A stretch of DNA of 64,000 nt from Amoebidium appalachense (GCA_963693365.1 CAVNZM010000007.1:5019962-5083961); one strand, 5' to 3'. Positions 21,177 to 41,674 are shown, counted from the first letter of the stretch. Notes: generated by a model not told the origin, from the sequence alone. Made by a program: numbers and translations.

Positions 21177-21390
21177 CCTCCCTCCCTCCCTCCCTCCCTC
21201 CCTCTCTCTCTCCCTCACTCTCTCGCTCTCCTCTCTCTCTCTCTCTCTATTGTATCTCTCTATGTATCTCCCTCTCTATCTCTCTCTCTCTTTCTCTCTT
21301 TCTCTCTCTCTCTCTCTTCTCTCCCCTCTCACTCTCTCCCCTCTCTCTCTGTCTCTCTCTCTCTCTCTCTCTCCCTCCCTCTCTCTCCCT

Positions 21391-21494
<104 letters not shown>

Positions 21495-23136
21495 ACACAC
21501 ACACGTACACGTACACGTACATACATACACACGCACGCACACACACACACATATATATGCACACGCACACACGCGCGCGCGCGCGCGCGCGCGGCGCGCA
21601 TCATTGAATACACCGAGTCTCATTTGTCGGAAAATCGGATTATTATTATCGAACGTTCTGGTTGGCGGGGACCGGGGTGCCTCCAGCTAGTTAGATCTGA
21701 GCGGCCGCGTGCTACCCTGGTTGTATGAAGCTGGCTGGCATATGTATGTCCAAGGTGCGTATGTAAATAGTTATCATCACAATAAATACTCATATGCCAG
21801 TGACATTTATAAATACACGCCAAATTATTGATGTGCATATGCACGGTATGCGTGTAGCCGCGGAGCTACACATCAGCTCGAGGATGTTTTGCCCCGCCCC
21901 TTTACTTGAACACCGGAATTCGCGCGCATTCCGGATTCAAATACCAAACTTTGCATGTTTTTGAAAAGCCAAATATGATTGGGTTACCTAAATTTTTTCA
22001 CTAGGTAAACCAATGAAATACCTTTACATCTGGAAGGCGGCAAATGATAAGCGTCTTTCGAGTTTATCGCTTTATCGGGCATAGACATACTGTAATTTCT
22101 TCACATCACCAATTGATATTAGTAAAAAAAAACGTGCAATTATTTTTACAGCTATGTTTATAGCTCTATTATGGGGCCTTATACGTCAAAATGTTTTATT
22201 ACAGAAGAAAGCAACGCACTGATGAACCGGCAGTAATTTTGCTTGCAGGATTTGGGGGTGCTTTACAACGCTCTGTGTTGGAACCAATCAAAACCGCGTC
22301 CTCAACATCATTCGATCATTGAATTCTTTTATCCTCTTTTAGATCAAGGATTGAAATCTATGATGAAAGCAAGGTCGATGTTCCAGTGAAGAATAAGCAA
22401 GCTACCTAAAGTGTTTAACAAAAACCATTTACGACTTGCATAGCTTGATAATATTTATGCTCCGATATCTATAAACTCGCTTTGCTATGATATGGCAGTA
22501 ATGGCACTCACACTTTTAGCTCCCCATCCTTCGAAAATTCTGAAGCACGGCTTGTGCCAGCTGACATGAAATATACGTGAATGAGAACGATTTTAAAGGA
22601 GGGATCGGTCCCGCTTTCTCTTGACGCGGCTCACGTTTTTGGTTGGTCCGGTACGCACCGTGTAAGGAAAAGACACGGAGGGTATAAACCCGAACACATG
22701 TCACCGACCGTCACTTTCGCCAAAACTTTGTACATGGCGTAGTGTCTCTAAACTTTGTTTCCCCTTATGTTTTTCACAAGACTTTTCCTGGTTGAAACAT
22801 TTGTTCTAGTTGTGTTTGGAGGTTTCTCTGCCAAACAGGCTTTCAAAGTTGGACGGCTGTTACAACTGATTCAGGTAAGCTGCAGGAGCAAAACAATAGA
22901 AAGATATTCTCAGGTGGGAAAGGATTGAGATAGTGGTGTGTGTAGATCTCCGATTTCACTTTCCAGCAACGAAAACACAAAAACAAGCAAGGAAACACAG
23001 CAGCCTTGCCACGAGCCTGCTGAAGTTTGCTACGAGGTAACGGAAGAAGCACACTGTCAAGGGCACAGAAAACACAGTCACAAAACGAGAACCGTCGTTA
23101 AACGTGCGCACTTGCACGTTCTGCAACACAACAAAA

Positions 23137-24023
23137 ATGAGGTGGCAAACTTCATGCCCCGCCCTCTTTTCCCTGCTGCTCCTCAGCTCGACCACACACG
23201 CCCAAACCTCCGCAACAGCAGCTGCCGCCGTCATCAACAACTACGTTTCTGGCTGCTATGCAGACTACGCATCCATTAACAATGCTTGGCAATATGCCTC
23301 ACCTTCTTTAGACGGTTGCCAGCAGTTTCCAGCACAAATACCCGCTGGATGGGAGCTCGTTCCGCCAGACGACACAGACGCCTTGATGGTCATCCGTCGG
23401 TTTTCGTTTGGCACACAGGCGCTTGTTCTCTCTGACGGAACTGCGTACGCAACAAACGTGGCTGACAACTCTAAACCTGTGGCGGTGAACATTTTGTCTA
23501 AGGGGGCAGACGGCGTGAAGGTCACCAAGTGCACACCCGCTGCTGGGATTCTGATCAGGCGGCAGTTTGGTATCACCAAGCCTGCAACGGTATGTGCTGC
23601 TGCTTAAAACTTTGCATAGTTTTGCTCACAAAATATTTAATGCTTCCTGCAAGTGAACCTCATCAACGAATCAAACCCTCTCTTCTCGTTTCTCCTTTTT
23701 CTCCCACACCAAGGTCTTTTCATCTCTTGCATACGTGCTTGCTTGAAAGGAGGTGTGCTGGTTTTATCCGTCTGAAATCACCATTTTGATACGGCAACGT
23801 CCAGTATGATATCACGCTAGCGCCATTGATTACTCACTCCGTTTACGGTTTGCACATTTCGTGCACTTCTTTAATCGTTCTATTTCCTTTAAGACGACAC
23901 ATCTATTCGTTATATCTAGAAGACCCGTCTTTGATACACAAACACATGCAGAACCGTGTTGGTTGATAGTCGTTGTAGCAGTGCACTACGTAATAATGAA
24001 CTGGAAACCCTCTTTCGTTGTAC

Positions 24024-24104
<81 letters not shown>

Positions 24105-26265
24105 CTCCCCCCCCCCCCTCCCCCCCCCCCCCCCTCTCCCCTCTCTCGTTCCCTCTCCCTCCTCCTCCCTTTCCCCTCCATCCCCCCACCCCATCCCCCC
24201 AATTCTTCCTCTTCCCCACCCTCCCTCTCTCTCGTCAAAAACCCTGCAATCCCTCGAGCGTAACAAAAGACGAACTGCCTCCTGGTATTAAATCACAACA
24301 AGCAGCAAGCAATTGAATAACCAACTCATCGTTGTTGTCCTCCAACCTCCATCCCCACCCACCCACACCCACACCCACATCCACCCTGTATCCTTACCTC
24401 GTCACCACACTTCCCCCTTGCCATTCTTCCCCTCCCCCCCCCCCCCCCCCCCCCCCCACACCCCGCCAATCATGCCCCCCCCCCCCCCTCCACATCCCCC
24501 TCCCTTCTTTACCCCTTCCCCCCTCCCCCAATCCCCCTCTTCCGTCCCCCCCCCCCCCCCCGTGCTCCCCCATCCCTGCCTGCCTCCCCACCCAAAATCT
24601 TTACACCAACGACCAATGCCACACAGGACTTTGATCTTCCAATGAAAACGCTCCTCCTTGCCGCCAACAGCGACATCTCTTCCCTCCCCCAGTGGGTCTA
24701 CAATGCCTACGGCGCACCCGTCGAGTTTGTCGACCTGTCGCAGCACACCACCGGCTACCCACTCCAGCTCGAAACATCCCCCGGCGTGCCCAAATACAAT
24801 GCCATTGTGCTCACTGACGCTAACTTGGTGGTGAATGTGGCCGGAAAAGGGTGGGTGAGCGCTTTGACCCCCGACCAGTGGGCTGCCATGCGTGCCTATA
24901 GGGCCAAGTACGGTGTGAGGATGGTAGTGCTGGCGTCGGTGCCCGAGGCTGATATTGCGCTGAGCCATGTGGGAAATTCGACCACAGGTATTCAACCCCC
25001 CCCCTCTCCCCCCCCCCCCCCCCCCCCCCCCCCCCACACACACACACAAACACATGACGATATACCTTTTACCCCTACTGATTCCCCACCACCGTTCTCT
25101 CTCTTTCTCTGCTTCCATCTCATCATCTCTCTGTCCCCCCCACCCCTCTCTTTCTCCTGAACGAGTCTCCTCTCCCGCTTGCCCTCCCCCTCCACCGCCT
25201 TCCTCCTCCTTCAACTCAGACCCCCCCTTACAGCCCATGCCCACTATCCCCCCCTCCAATCCTTGCCCCACGCGATTCGGGAACGATTCACGTCAGTTTT
25301 TATCTCGTTGTACACCCTCCTGCTTACCCCCCCCCCCCCCCCCGGGGCACCCACCCGCCCCTTCTCCCTCTCTTCACACACCAACACACTTACAACCACC
25401 CCTCATCCATGCTCACTTACCCCCCCCCCCCCCCCCCCCCCCCCGGCTACCCTCTCCACATCTCTCCCCAAACTCCTCCTCACCACTGCCACCTACCAAG
25501 TGCACAATACAGAATGCCAACTAACCTACATCCCCTCCCCCTCCCCGCTCCCTCCCCTCCCCCTCCTCCCCGCCCCTCTTATCCCCTCCCCTCCCCCGAC
25601 TCCCCTCCAATTGATTTTGCAACCCTCCTCCCTCCGCGCCACAACCTTTTTTTTCCGTAGGAACGTCTGCGGCAGCCACTGTGCGTTGGATCGACAGCGA
25701 TCACTCACGAAGCCTCAACGACAGTGTGCCCTTAACCGCCGTGTTTAACTTTAAGGAGAAGGTCTCCTTCTGGTACCCGGCCGTCGCAGACTCCGCGGCG
25801 TCCGACCGGCTCAAACCGTTCTTGACCATAAATGGAAACAGCAATGTCGGCGCATACACACGTGACTGCGCTCGGTGGAAGTCTGGCGAGGGTAAACTTG
25901 AGGAGATGCATTTCCTGTTTGCAATGAATATTTACACCAACTCGAGCTTTGCGCTGGCGGACGTGTGGTTCACGTGGGTCAACAAGGGGCTGTACCTGGG
26001 CCAGAGGAGGATACTGCTGGATCCGCAGGTGTGTGTGAAATGGGTGTGTGTGTGTGTGTGTGGATATTGTGTTTGTGTGTTGGGGGGGGGGGGGGGGGGG
26101 GGAGAGGGGGGTATGGGGTGTGTAGTTTAGGTGGGTGAAAGGGTGCTTAGATGGGTTGGAGGTGGGGGAAGGGGAGGAGGGGGGGGGAGGGGGGGATGGG
26201 GGAAGGGGTGTCATTTGTCGAGATGTAAACCTGGTTTTAAACCGGTTTATATACATACCTATCCG

Positions 26266-26303
<38 letters not shown>

Positions 26304-28052
26304 GTGTTGGTGCGTGTGTGTGTGTGCATGCGTGTGTGTGTAAGGCTTTACATGCAAACCTTTTTGACTTTCATCCCCATCACTTGCTCTGTTTCTTCCC
26401 CATTTCGTGCAAGTAGTCGCTGACCTTCACCCAATCAGGTGGACGACGTTCTCATCGAGTCTCCCTTGTACGACGTCAAGTCCAACCGCCAGGCGTCCGA
26501 CGCCAACTCGATCTTTGCCAACTCTGACAATGCCTACCGCATCAACAGGACTGACTTCCGGGCCTTGGTCGACTACCAAAACAGGCTAAACTCCCGCCTT
26601 CCCCCGGGTTCCAACATCATGATCCAGATGGCCTTTAACGGGGCGGGGTGGTCGCAGCTCGCCGACCGGCCGGAAAACCTTAACGACGTCGTGGAGGAAC
26701 TGAGGGACAACTTCTATTGGATGTCGCACACGTACTCGCACCTCGACCTGTACTGCCCGGACGAGAACTGCGCGCTCAACGGGTTCACAAAGTACAACGA
26801 GTCTTACATTGACTTAATTGCCAACAAGGAGTTTGCACGCACGACTCTGTTCACACGCAGGCGGACGCCGTCGGGGGCGTGGGTGAACGTCACGGACGCC
26901 GAGTTCAATACGATTCCAAACTATTCTCCTACGGCCATGGTTACGCCGGGCATTTCGGGCCTCAACCTTTCCGATTCGATTCAGGCCATGTGGGACGCCG
27001 GGATCCGGACCGCCGTCGGGGATAACTCGCGCATGGACCTCAAGCCGGTCAACCCGTTCCACCCGTTTGTCACGAGCACGACGGGTACGCGGGGCGCAAA
27101 AATTGTCGTCGTGCCGCGGTTTGCGACGCGCGTGTATTATGACTGTTCGTTGCCGGAGGAGAACGCCATGGAGTACAACTCGTTCTATGGGCCTCACTGC
27201 ATCGGGTGGAACGTGACGGGGACGGTGTCTGTCAACGGCGCCTTGAAGTGCAACGCCACGTCGATCAAGGCGGACCACGACCTGACGTGGGAGGAGATTA
27301 TGGAGATCGAGGGCCAGGAGGTTGCAGCCCGGCTGCTTGCCAAACGCACGGACCCTTACATGTTCCACCAGGCAAACCTGCGCCATTTCGCACACCCGTC
27401 GACCCCCGGCGGCCAGACGTCGCTTCTCGGGATGTGGTTGGACAGTGTTGTTGATCACTTTATGCAGTACAGTGTGCTCCCCATCAGGAACATGAGGTTC
27501 GAGGACCTGCGCAAGTTTTACGATGCGCGCGCGGCCCGCGACAACTGCCAGATTTCGGGTCGGGTCGCGTACAGGTCGGGCCAGCCCACCTCGGTCGTGG
27601 TCGGCGCTCTGGGCACGTGCGAGATTAAGCTGACGAGGTCGACGGGCGTAAGGGTGACGGTGTCGGCGGTCGGGAAAAGGAGGGAGCAGGATTCGGAGAC
27701 GTACGGCCCCGATGAGACGTTTTCCATCCAGGTGGGCCCCGGAGTGACACGGAACCTGACCCTTGCCCCGTGTCAGAGCGCTTGCCATGTCGGCGCGGCC
27801 GGCACCCAAGTTCCGACCGCTCGCCCAGCGCCTACCAACGCTACCCTTCCCACGGCCATCAGCACTCAGAGTGATATTCCCTCCACGAACGAAAATTCGA
27901 GCGGGTCTGTACCGATTTGGGCTATTGCCGTGGCGGTGGCAGTGGGAGTTCTTGTCATTGTGGCCATCGGGGTGGGGGTTTGTGTGTGCAAGCGCAAGAA
28001 GGCAAATAAGACTGCTGCGGACGTCCCTAACGGCAAGGCGGTGGCAGCCTAA
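23137..28052 (+). CDS. agd3: Type I membrane Agd3-like (carbohydrate esterase family 18) polysaccharide N-deacetylase, ~931 aa
   Basis: Exons 23137-23589, 24627-24987, 25661-26028, 26439-28052 are phase-consistent. Signal peptide MRWQTSCPALFSLLLLSSTTHA. Family-like segments: SALTPDQWAAMRAYRAKYGVRMV, WVNKGLYLGQRRILLDPQ|VDDVL, WMSHTYSH, SPTAMVTPGISGL, AMWDAGIRTAVGDNSR, VPRFATRVYYD, DPYMFHQANL. These are followed by a Ser/Thr/Pro stalk, a TM helix (IWAIAVAVAVGVLVIVAIGVGVCVC) and a KRKK stop-transfer motif. Confidence 0.85.
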
Positions 28053-28808
28053 AACTGAAAACAGTTCTGTGAAATTTGAGTATTATGAGTATTGGCTCAG
28101 TGATTGATCATCGGAGTTTTTCCTTTCGTTTTTTGATTGATTGAAAGCACGGAACATTTTCTGACAAGTTCTGCTCGTTTTCCAGCTTTGTGGTGCATAC
28201 CCTTAAGGTATTTTAACTGTTTATTCAGTTGTTGCAGTGTTAATAGAGCCATCTGTTTATTAACCGTTTTTTGAAATAGACCGCGGTTTTGTCCACCTGA
28301 AATTTTGAGCTGGCACGTACTGACTGTGCCCTCTAGCCTATGTACGATAAATCGACGTCTATTTTTCAACGTAGGTGAGTCACGTGATCAGCTGCTCTCC
28401 GTATCGTCCGCGTCTCCTTGAAAAATAAGAGCTACCTCAGAAGGTAGCAGGATTTTGAGGCTTTTCCCACTTTGATAATGTGCTGATACTGACCAAGCAA
28501 GTGCAGTTGAATTCGAAGGGTGGATGGGATGCAGGAATAATGTTTATACCGTAGGCACTGGTTTTTCATGCATGAGGGAGCATGTCTCAGAGGGTATGGC
28601 TGTACATAGCACTGGTTGCAACCTGTAATTACCTGCCCACACGTGTGCATGCCTGATTTTACTCGCAGCTGATTTGTTGAAGTTAAAATGGTTGGTTCTC
28701 TCTAGCGTATTTGCGATTTTCTATGTATGTTTCGATGAACCTTGTAAATACGATAAATAAAACTGTATCTTTTTATGGACCTTGTAAATACGATGAATAA
28801 AACGACTG

Positions 28809-28841
<33 letters not shown>

Positions 28842-29109
28842 CCAACCAACCAACCAACCAACCGACTAAAAGAGGAAGTTCGACCCTTTTTTGATAGACG
28901 GCAAATCTGACCTTTTGTTATGATCGGGGGGGGGGTTCATGGGTGTGAGAAGAAGAGGGTGCAGGGTCCATAGGAGATTGTGTGGCCTATGGATAAAGAG
29001 AGAAAATAGCATTGGCACCATATTAGCCTAGTATTGGGCATGGCCACGACGATGGGGGGCCGGGTGCAGGGAAATGGAGGTTGGGGGCAAATTGGGAGGG
29101 GGGAAGAAG

Positions 29110-29152
<43 letters not shown>

Positions 29153-29411
29153 CTACCTTCAAGCAAGCAGTCTGATATATAATGTCCGAAAACATATACT
29201 TGTCATGGCTTATCATATTCATAACACCTGGGATGTTGACCTCACGTAGTACATATTAATATTAATATTGGCTGCGACCTCCGGTGGCAATATTTAAGGT
29301 CACCATTAGCGTGCATTGGTCCCTAATGCATGCCCGATCAAAACTAGGACGACACCAGACCGTAGCCTCCCTGCAGTGACTGAACATCACCTTCCCCACT
29401 GGGCTACTACA

Positions 29412-29463
<52 letters not shown>

Positions 29464-29505
29464 AACTCCCCCTTTCCCCCTCGTGCACCCACCAACCCCC
29501 CCCTC

Positions 29506-29541
<36 letters not shown>

Positions 29542-29934
29542 TCCCCCCCCCCTCCCCCGCCCACCCATTCCCCCCCCCCCCCCCCCCCCCCTCCACCCAC
29601 CCACTCACCCACCTACCCACCCACCCACCCACCCACCTTAATTCCCTCCCTTATCGAATTCCCAGCACCAACGTGCCCTGCTGGACACATTACATACTGG
29701 CAATGCCATGTATCCATCGGTTTACAGTATGTGTTTTTTTTTTTGTTTTTTTTTTTGGTATTACTCAATGCCAATACACTGAATCTGAGCTAGAAGCCCA
29801 GGGTCGTGATGATCCACTCGGCATACAGACACACAGCCACCATATTACCACACTACACAACGTGCACTACACTTGGGCCCCACAGCACCACCGTTACCAC
29901 ACCACGTTGCCCCCCCCCCCCCCCCCCCCCCCCC

Positions 29935-30017
<83 letters not shown>

Positions 30018-30474
30018 CGCCCAATATGGGTAGATTTTGGCAACAGAGCCCGTATGTTAGACAATAACGTATAGGTAGAATAACAACGGTTTTGGGGGTT
30101 GTTAAGAAAAAGCGTATCACGTAGAGAAAGCCCGATGCATCGAGTATTTTCTCTTTGACGACCTCACTCTACCACAGGGTGACGTATGAGTTCATTTTCT
30201 GTTTCCCGTTTCACCCCATTGAAGCTACCGTTTTAAATTTGCACTTCACTCCGCCTATATCCTTCAGGCAGAGAGTCTGCACTACGGTCTATGTCTCCTG
30301 AGACCGGATGAAGCGCAATTTCCGGTATTAACTTTATAAGGTTCAACCGAAACTTGAAACGAACTATTTTGTTTCAAGCCGATTACATATGTATATGACT
30401 GCGCAGTGGAGTGAGAAGATTAACACTTCCAACAGGAAAAACGGACTTGAATTCGAAGTCTTCGAAACCAGGCC

Positions 30475-30515
<41 letters not shown>

Positions 30516-30645
30516 AAAACAAAAACAAAAAAAACAAAAAAAAACAACCCTGCCTCCCCCCCCCAACACACACACACACACAGACGCAACGCACGCTCGA
30601 GCACACACACTAACACGCACACATACAAACACACACACACATGCC

Positions 30646-30729
<84 letters not shown>

Positions 30730-30734
30730 GTGGC

Positions 30735-31520
<786 letters not shown>

Positions 31521-32140
31521 GAGCCTTGGATAAACAGGCCCAAACCGCTCAAGAGTCCGGCGACGTCCGACCTTTTTTTAACATTATTTCTTTTTCTCTT
31601 CACGTTTTGTCCCCAAGGGGGGACCGAGCGGCATGCATGGACTACTACCGTCCTCTACTACTAATTTATTAGCTAAGCACCACAGAATGTATACATATAC
31701 TAATACATATAGTGCATTAGTGCACACTTACACTTGTAGTTGAACTTCAGGCTAGGGTTGTGCCCAGGCCCAGCCTCGCAAAATTTATTTTCACACCCTG
31801 AATTGTGGTGCTGTGTACGCCAATAAAAAATTCCAAAAACACTATTGGCTAAGGCATAGTACCGCTTGGTGCGAGGCAAATTTTCGATTGGTGAGTTGTG
31901 CCCATGCCTCGAAAAAGCAACAACACGAGTTCAAAACAGGGTCACGGGCCCGGGGGGAGAAACCACGTGAATAACATGAAAAAAACCATTTATAGAAACA
32001 GCGGCCCACCTTCACCACCAAAGCCTCTCCCTCCGAACCTTTTCGAAAGAACAACCCTGTTCTTCACATCCCCCTTCGCCTGCATGTGTTTCAGTTTAAG
32101 CGAGGAAAGGTGAATAGGGTTCTACACTCCCACAACGAAA

Positions 32141-36940
<4,800 letters not shown>

Positions 36941-37210
36941 GCAAAAATTGAGAATATCTACTGACGGACAAACAACAGTTGAACTGGGACTAGCGGGATG
37001 GGTGCTCAGGTGTGTTTATGGCCTGTAGAAGGAAGCGGATTTGTGTGGAAGAGTGGGCCGGCATGATGAGATGTGTAAACAGGCCCGAAAACTCTTTTAG
37101 GCATATCACAAAAGCGTGCTTATATGCATCCCTGGACTAACATTACACACACGCGTGGACACATTCTCGCATACAACACACGCGCGCGCACGCACACACG
37201 CGCGCGCACG

Positions 37211-37249
<39 letters not shown>

Positions 37250-38137
37250 ACACACACACTTATACACACAATGTGTCCTACATAGTCACCTGCACACACA
37301 CATGCACTCTTATTTCGGTAACAAAATTTAGCATTTACCAACAAAGTTTAATTTAATGTTTATATTATATGTAATAATGCATCTTTGTAAATATTGCCTA
37401 TTGCTGTATCTCCACTGAGGCATGCCTTGGCATATTTTTTTCTTATCCCTTGTATCACCTCAAGTTAATTCTCAAGCAAATTAACCTGTTAACGTTGTGA
37501 TTTCATCTCAGTGATTATTGCTTGAATTGAAGATGTTTGTTTTCGCCTCTCCGTGGTTTGTATGATGTATACGTATGGCAATCGTGTTGTTTATAAACTG
37601 CCTTCTAAAAGGTCGAAAATAAGCATTTTGGTTTTATAATTCCTGTGTATCAACATTTTTTTTATATTAGTGCCCGACCCCATGGCCACACGAGTATGCT
37701 TGGTCATATACATAGAACGGGCTGTACATATGTATCGGGTGAAACCCAAGTCTTTAAGAGTGTAAATATGTGAGGCCTTGGTGTATGTAAACACAAACCT
37801 CTCATCACTGCTACAAACAGAGTCACTGCCCAGATTGGTAAAATTTTAAAGTGTACCTATTACCATAAAGCGGATTTTGTGCATGATTTGCGGCTCAGTG
37901 ACGCGTACATGTATATGTGTTTGTGTGCCGACGGCCGCGGATAATACATATGCATGGTGAACGAAAAATGCTGCACAACTTGCTGCGCCACGGCAGTATT
38001 CTACCTTTGGTCACTATGATGTTATAATTTATATTATCTATCCGCACGAGTACTCGAACAATAACGTCGGCGTAAATTTAAGCCTATGCATTGCTATTAA
38101 TTTGCTATTGCTGTTAGCTGCCCCCTCCCCGCCTCCC

Positions 38138-38192
<55 letters not shown>

Positions 38193-38429
38193 TTCCCAAT
38201 TTGCAACTCCTGGCAGCGCCCCCCCCTCCCCCTCCCCCTCCCCCCCTAACTCAGTTATGACCACGGTATAATAACCCCCCCCCCCCCAGTGGGGGGGGGG
38301 GGGGGGGGGGGGGGGAGGGGGGGGGGGGGCTCCACCCACCCACCCACCGGTACCCACCACCGTGACCACCACCACCACCACAAAAAAAAAAAAAAAAAAA
38401 AAAAAAGCCTGATGATATGTCCCCCCGCC

Positions 38430-38460
<31 letters not shown>

Positions 38461-40248
38461 ACCCCCTTCTTTCCCCGAGCTCCTCCTTCTTCTCCTTCCC
38501 CACTCTCGCCCTTCCGAATGTGCTGACCCGGTTGTCGGACACCGGTACCTGCGATAGCTAAGCTGATCGTGCGATTGTCGTTGTAAATTTAAAACTATTG
38601 ATGTCTTTATGCTGTCTTGCTAGCGCGCCAAATATGAAATCCGGCGGCCTGCATGAGCTGTTGCAGAGCGCTATGCATAGCAAACTTCTGACTTTTGGTC
38701 TTACTCATCTCGGGTCTTTTTTTTCTGCCTTTAATATATAAACCTGCTTATTCTGCACGAGAGCTTTGGGTGTTTTGTGGCCCCACGAGAGAACCCCTTG
38801 TATTTACTTAGCAGACTGTTTAGTCACATCAACGAGGCACCCCTTTTAGTTCACATCATATTTACAAGCAACCCAAATTGAATTGGTATTTATCCGGGCA
38901 GACGTTGGTCCAGGGGCAAGCCATGTGTCTCCGACTAAACGTAGTTACTTCGCTGACAATACCTCTACTTAATTTTCCTAGCAATTCTTCCACCATAAGC
39001 CTGAACTGTCGTTGAGTCGTGCACTTTTGTTACGTTGCTTCTGTAATCTCCAAGCGAATTGGTTGTGTTCTCAGTATCTCAATCATCTCGCCTCCTGCAG
39101 CCTACAGGTAAGAATCCATGTATGTAAAACTGTTGAATTGAAACCCAGATTGCAAAAACGACTTATTTTTTTTTTTTTTTTTTTGGGGGGGGGGGGAGGG
39201 GGGTAGGGACCGTTGCCTTTCTCCTGTTGGTCCACGTTTCCTCCAGTGTGTATCAACATGGTCCTTTTGTCGTTTCTAGGCCAAGGGCGCTGCTTCTGTT
39301 CCTGACTTGTGTGCGTTTTTGCCATGTTCTACCGTGTGCTTGCATATAAGAAACTGTGCGGATCTGTATTTTCTTCTTTTGTTCACATAGTGTACACATC
39401 AGCGATCCCTTTTTTTTTCACGAAAAGGTTCTTGTGTTATCGCTCAGAGGCTCAGAAGTCGCGCACTCCTACAAGCACACACATACACACACAAACCCTC
39501 TCGCTTTTCGAGGCCCTTCCTCACCTGTGTCCGTCTACATCCTTCCTAGGACCCTCCCGCCCCCTGTCTCCCCGCGTCCCCCGTCCGCCCTCTCCTCCCT
39601 TGCTCTCTCAGACCAGCAAAGCCCATCCCCCCCCCCCTCCCCCCCGCCCCCCCCCCCCCCCCCCTTGCCCCTTCCTTCTCACCCCACCCTCCCCTATGTT
39701 CTGCTATCTCTCTTGTTGCTCTCTCCATTCTCAGGCCTGTGGCTTGTTTGGTTGGTAATCGCTCAACCGCTTGATTGGTTGTTTATCAGCCTCCCCCTCC
39801 ACCCGCCAACCACCTCATCACACATCCACACGCACTCTCCCCTCCCCTCCCGTCCATGTTCTTGTACCTGGCGGACACTGATGTGTATAGATGTCAGTGC
39901 CATCGTCCCCCCCCCCCCCCCCCCCCCTCTGCCGTTGGGCCAAAAAAGGAAAAAGGAAGTGAATCCCCACCCTCCCCCTTTCCCGATAAAAAAAATAGAA
40001 AAAAAAAGAGTGGGATTTTTTTCTCCCCCAACCTTTTGTTGGGATGTTTTTGTTGTGCTTCAATCGGTCTAATCCCCCCCCCCCCCTTTTTTTTTTTTTT
40101 GGCTCCTGTTTCAACAGATTTATGACTGCCTTCTTGCGCAGCGGGCCTTTTCTCCGTCACCTGTCCGAGGAAACAGTTTTCGTCTTTTTGGGGCATCATC
40201 ATGGAGTTGCAAGGCAGCCTTCTCCTTCCCCTCCCCTCCGGCTCGTTC

Positions 40249-40341
<93 letters not shown>

Positions 40342-40716
40342 ATTCACCTACCCAAACCCGCACAGTCACACTCCACACGTGTCTGCATGCGTGCGCGTGA
40401 GACACACACACGGCCGTACCACACACTCAGGCACGCACCCACGAACACACACACGCAGGCAGGGCAGGCACACACAAATGCATGCATCACTCCCCGTCCG
40501 GAACTGGAACACGGTGATCTTGCCCGACCTCCTGTGTGAAGTTTTTGTGTTATGTACACAATGGCGGAAAGGGAGGGAGGAGAGGGGCCAAGCGGAAAAA
40601 TCAAACAAGAGAAGCCTAAAAAGAATACTGGCATGAAGGCATAAGAATCCGAAATCCCCCCCCCTCCCCTCCCCCCCCTCCTGTCACAAAAGACAGAGAG
40701 TGAGAGGTGAGAGAGA

Positions 40717-40750
<34 letters not shown>

Positions 40751-40899
40751 AAGGGAAGAAAAAGAAGACGGGGGGAGATGGAGGGGGGGGGGGGGGAGGA
40801 AGGGAGATAGAGAGGAGAAGAAAAAGAAGACGGAGGGAGGTGGGGGGGGGGGGGGGGGGGGGGGGCTAGAAAAACGAAAATCACCACACCCGGTTTTGC

Positions 40900-41273
40900 A
40901 TGTTTTTGCCGTCTGTGATTAGTCCATCGGACCCTGACCCAAAACCAATCTCATCGACAGCCGCAGAAGCCGACGCGTTCCTATCAGCGGATCTAATCGC
41001 GGATGGATCGGAGATTGAAAGCAGCGATCTGGAGAGGAAACTGATCAGCGAGGAGACCCTGGACGTGGCATCGCCAGAGCTGTGGCCCCCAGGTGGGTCG
41101 CTGGTCTTGGCTAGATTAGAGCGCAAACATAAACATGCGTGTGTGGTTCGAATTTTATGCAGCCTTATGATCTACTGATCTAGTGTGGGGATATGTATAT
41201 CCCCCCGCAGTCCGCAGCCCCACCCCATACCCACGCGACCCACCTTATGCCCCTCCTCCCCTCCCTCCCCCCA

Positions 41274-41311
<38 letters not shown>

Positions 41312-41620
41312 TCTCCCCCCCCCCCCCCCCCCCAAATACACACACACACACACACACACCTGCCCTCCCCCTCCCCGCCTCCCCCCTCCACGCACTCCAT
41401 CACCGCCACCACCAACACACAATAAAAGGTGTTCGCCAAAGAGTCCACTTTTTTTTACTTTTTTTTGGATTCTTTCTCACCAAGGGTCGCTGTGCCTGTA
41501 TTAAACAGTTCCACGTCTGTGTGGTGTTTGTGTCTGCGGCTGTGTGTGTGTTTTGTTCTTGTGTGCCTCTTTATGCTTGACTTTGGGTCACACCTACTAC
41601 CCTCGCTGCTGCCCTTTCCC

Positions 41621-41674
<54 letters not shown>

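Noticed and set aside
26814-27809. 331-aa minus-strand ORF
   Set aside because: Antisense shadow of the GC-rich deacetylase exon 4.
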